This document shows, piece after piece, positions 17,390 through 18,921 of a stretch of 18,921 bases of DNA. Position 1 is the stretch's first letter. Each line of letters starts with the position of its first letter. Below the pieces are notes generated by a model. That model saw nothing but the letters and a program-made list of their open reading frames with translations, did not search any database and had not been told where the DNA came from. This DNA comes from a bacterium (GTDB taxonomy: Bacteria > Muiribacteriota > UBA6191), in assembly GCA_036339875.1 (NCBI GenBank), contig JAYZAC010000031.1:1-18921 (forward strand), in the 5' to 3' direction. The position numbers were made by a program, and so were the translations under genes.

Positions 17390-18637
17390 CTATAATTTCA
17401 AGCTTTCGAGAAGATCGTAGAATTCAGGTAGCGAAATTGCAGCACAATCAGGCATATCTAGATCAATCTTTTCTTTAGAGAACAAATCAGCAATCGAGAA
17501 TGCCATAGCGATGCGGTGATCGTTATAGCACTTCACTATACCACCACCAACTTGCTGAGGTCCTTCAAGCTCAAACCCATCTGGAAACTCTTTGATTGAT
17601 ACTCCTAAAGTCCTAAGATTATTGATAATTGCCTCTAAGCGATCGCATTCCTTGACGCGCAATTCTTCAGCTCCACGTACGACTGTACGACCATTCATTT
17701 GAGTAGCAAGAATTGCTAAGATAGGTATTTCATCTACTAGACTTGGAACAATCGACTTATCAATAGACAGACCTTTCAATTGGCTACTTTCTACGATCAT
17801 ATCGCAGATTTGCTCTCCGTATTCCAAACGCGGTCGAAATCTTTCAAATTTGGCACCAGCTTGCTGCAAAACATCTAAAAAACCAATCCTGGTGGGATTC
17901 ATTAGTACATTCTTAAATTCAACTCTGCTATTTCTAAGACCTAAAACAGCGGCAACAAAAAACGCAACTGAACTTGGGTCAGCAGGCACTTCCCAATCTA
18001 TAGATTTTAATGAGCCTTGGAGAGGTTGAACATGAATATCATAACCATCAACCGAGACATCAGCGCCAATGCCATGTAAAAGATTTTCTGTATGATCCCT
18101 CGTTTTATAAGGGTCTGTAATAACGCTGCCACCTTTGGCACCTAGAGCAGCTAGAATTAAGGCAGATTTGACCTGTGCACTGGCAACTTCTAAAGTGTGC
18201 TGAACACCACAAAGTGAGCTAGAGAATAATTTTACAGGTAAACGACCATCAATAAGTTCAAACTTAGCACCTAATTTTGTCAGAGGTTCGGTCACGCGAG
18301 CCATAGGTCGCGAGCTAAGAGACTGATCTCCCATAAACTCAGCAGAAATTTCCTGACCCGCAAGTAAGCCCATCATCAAACGCACTGTGGTACCTGAATT
18401 ACCACAGTTTAAGGGGTTATCTGCTCTCTTCAGAGATCCGCCGTGAATGATCGCTACACCTTCATTTATACTAAGATCGATACCCAGCTGCCTGAGACAA
18501 TTGGCAGTAGATTCAATATCTTTACCACTACCAAGATTGCTAATCTTACTAATACCACCGGCCAAACTTGCAAACATCAAACTTCTATGTGAAAGACTCT
18601 TATCTCCAGGTAAATGAAGAACACCTCTTAGCTTCAT
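17390..18637 (-). CDS. aroA: 3-phosphoshikimate 1-carboxyvinyltransferase (EPSP synthase, class II)
   Basis: PGDKSLSHR, CGNSGTT, SAQVKS, RDHTE, DPSS, NPTR, DEIP, ELRVKECDR, DHRIAM. Confidence 0.97.
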   Translation of the reverse strand: MKLRGVLHLPGDKSLSHRSLMFASLAGGISKISNLGSGKDIESTANCLRQLGIDLSINEGVAIIHGGSLKRADNPLNCGNSGTTVRLMMGLLAGQEISAEFMGDQSLSSRPMARVTEPLTKLGAKFELIDGRLPVKLFSSSLCGVQHTLEVASAQVKSALILAALGAKGGSVITDPYKTRDHTENLLHGIGADVSVDGYDIHVQPLQGSLKSIDWEVPADPSSVAFFVAAVLGLRNSRVEFKNVLMNPTRIGFLDVLQQAGAKFERFRPRLEYGEQICDMIVESSQLKGLSIDKSIVPSLVDEIPILAILATQMNGRTVVRGAEELRVKECDRLEAIINNLRTLGVSIKEFPDGFELEGPQQVGGGIVKCYNDHRIAMAFSIADLFSKEKIDLDMPDCAAISLPEFYDLLESLKL

Positions 18638-18651
18638 TAAAATTACCCTAA

Positions 18652-18921
18652 CTACATATGCATCGCAATCTTCAAAGGATCACTTTCTTGTTCTAGATCA
18701 TCGTTCATAATCTTTTCGGTCCCAATACTGCGACCTAAAGCATTACTAACCCCTCTACACAATCGCATCATATGTGAAAACTCATTTGGTAATAAAGCCT
18801 GAGGCCCATCACACATTGCCTCTTCAGGTTTGTGATGTATCTCTACAATTATCCCATCTCCTCCTGCACCAATCCCTGCTAATGCATGAGGTATGACCAT
18901 AGATCGTTTTCCGGCAGAATG
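18652..18921 (-). CDS. aroF: DAHP synthase (type I-beta), C-terminal part; gene begins beyond the window edge
   Basis: Frame open to the edge: HSAGKRSMVIPHALAGIGAGGDGIIVEIH..PEEAMCDGPQAL matches the DAHPS/KDO8PS C-terminus; location directly upstream of aroA favours DAHPS. Confidence 0.85.
   Translation of the reverse strand, partial: HSAGKRSMVIPHALAGIGAGGDGIIVEIHHKPEEAMCDGPQALLPNEFSHMMRLCRGVSNALGRSIGTEKIMNDDLEQESDPLKIAMHM

Noticed and set aside
1..18921. CRISPR arrays, tRNA/rRNA, IS elements, integrases, phage or defence genes
   Set aside because: Intergenic gaps are at most 214 bp with no repeat arrays or cloverleafs seen, and no ORF shows such motifs

Overview
AT-rich bacterial chromosomal window (standard genetic code), gene-dense and mostly minus-strand. 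Left to right: an exported TPR/coiled-coil protein (+); a PlsC-type acyltransferase (-) head-to-head with a 169-aa orphan (+); a membrane-anchored S8 subtilase with a 77-aa gene just upstream of it (-); a sigma70-family factor lacking region 1.1, overlapped by accA and accD (-); dnaE (-); hutI and hutU (-); a divergent 342-aa orphan (+); a secreted GH13 pullulanase (-); a class II aroA (-); and the 3' end of a DAHP synthase (-). I saw no rRNA, tRNA, CRISPR array or mobile element. The best lead is that the 77-aa protein and the adjacent protease share an N-terminal motif, EDGKIVVxxS[YF], whose EDGKIVV codons differ only at synonymous positions, suggesting a dedicated small-protein/protease module. 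Other leads: the 342-aa orphan may be a catalytically dead SpoIIE/RsbU-type phosphatase, DnaE has lost most PHP metal ligands, and an alternative sigma factor is coupled to accDA. All family calls come from by-eye motif recognition; no searches were run.
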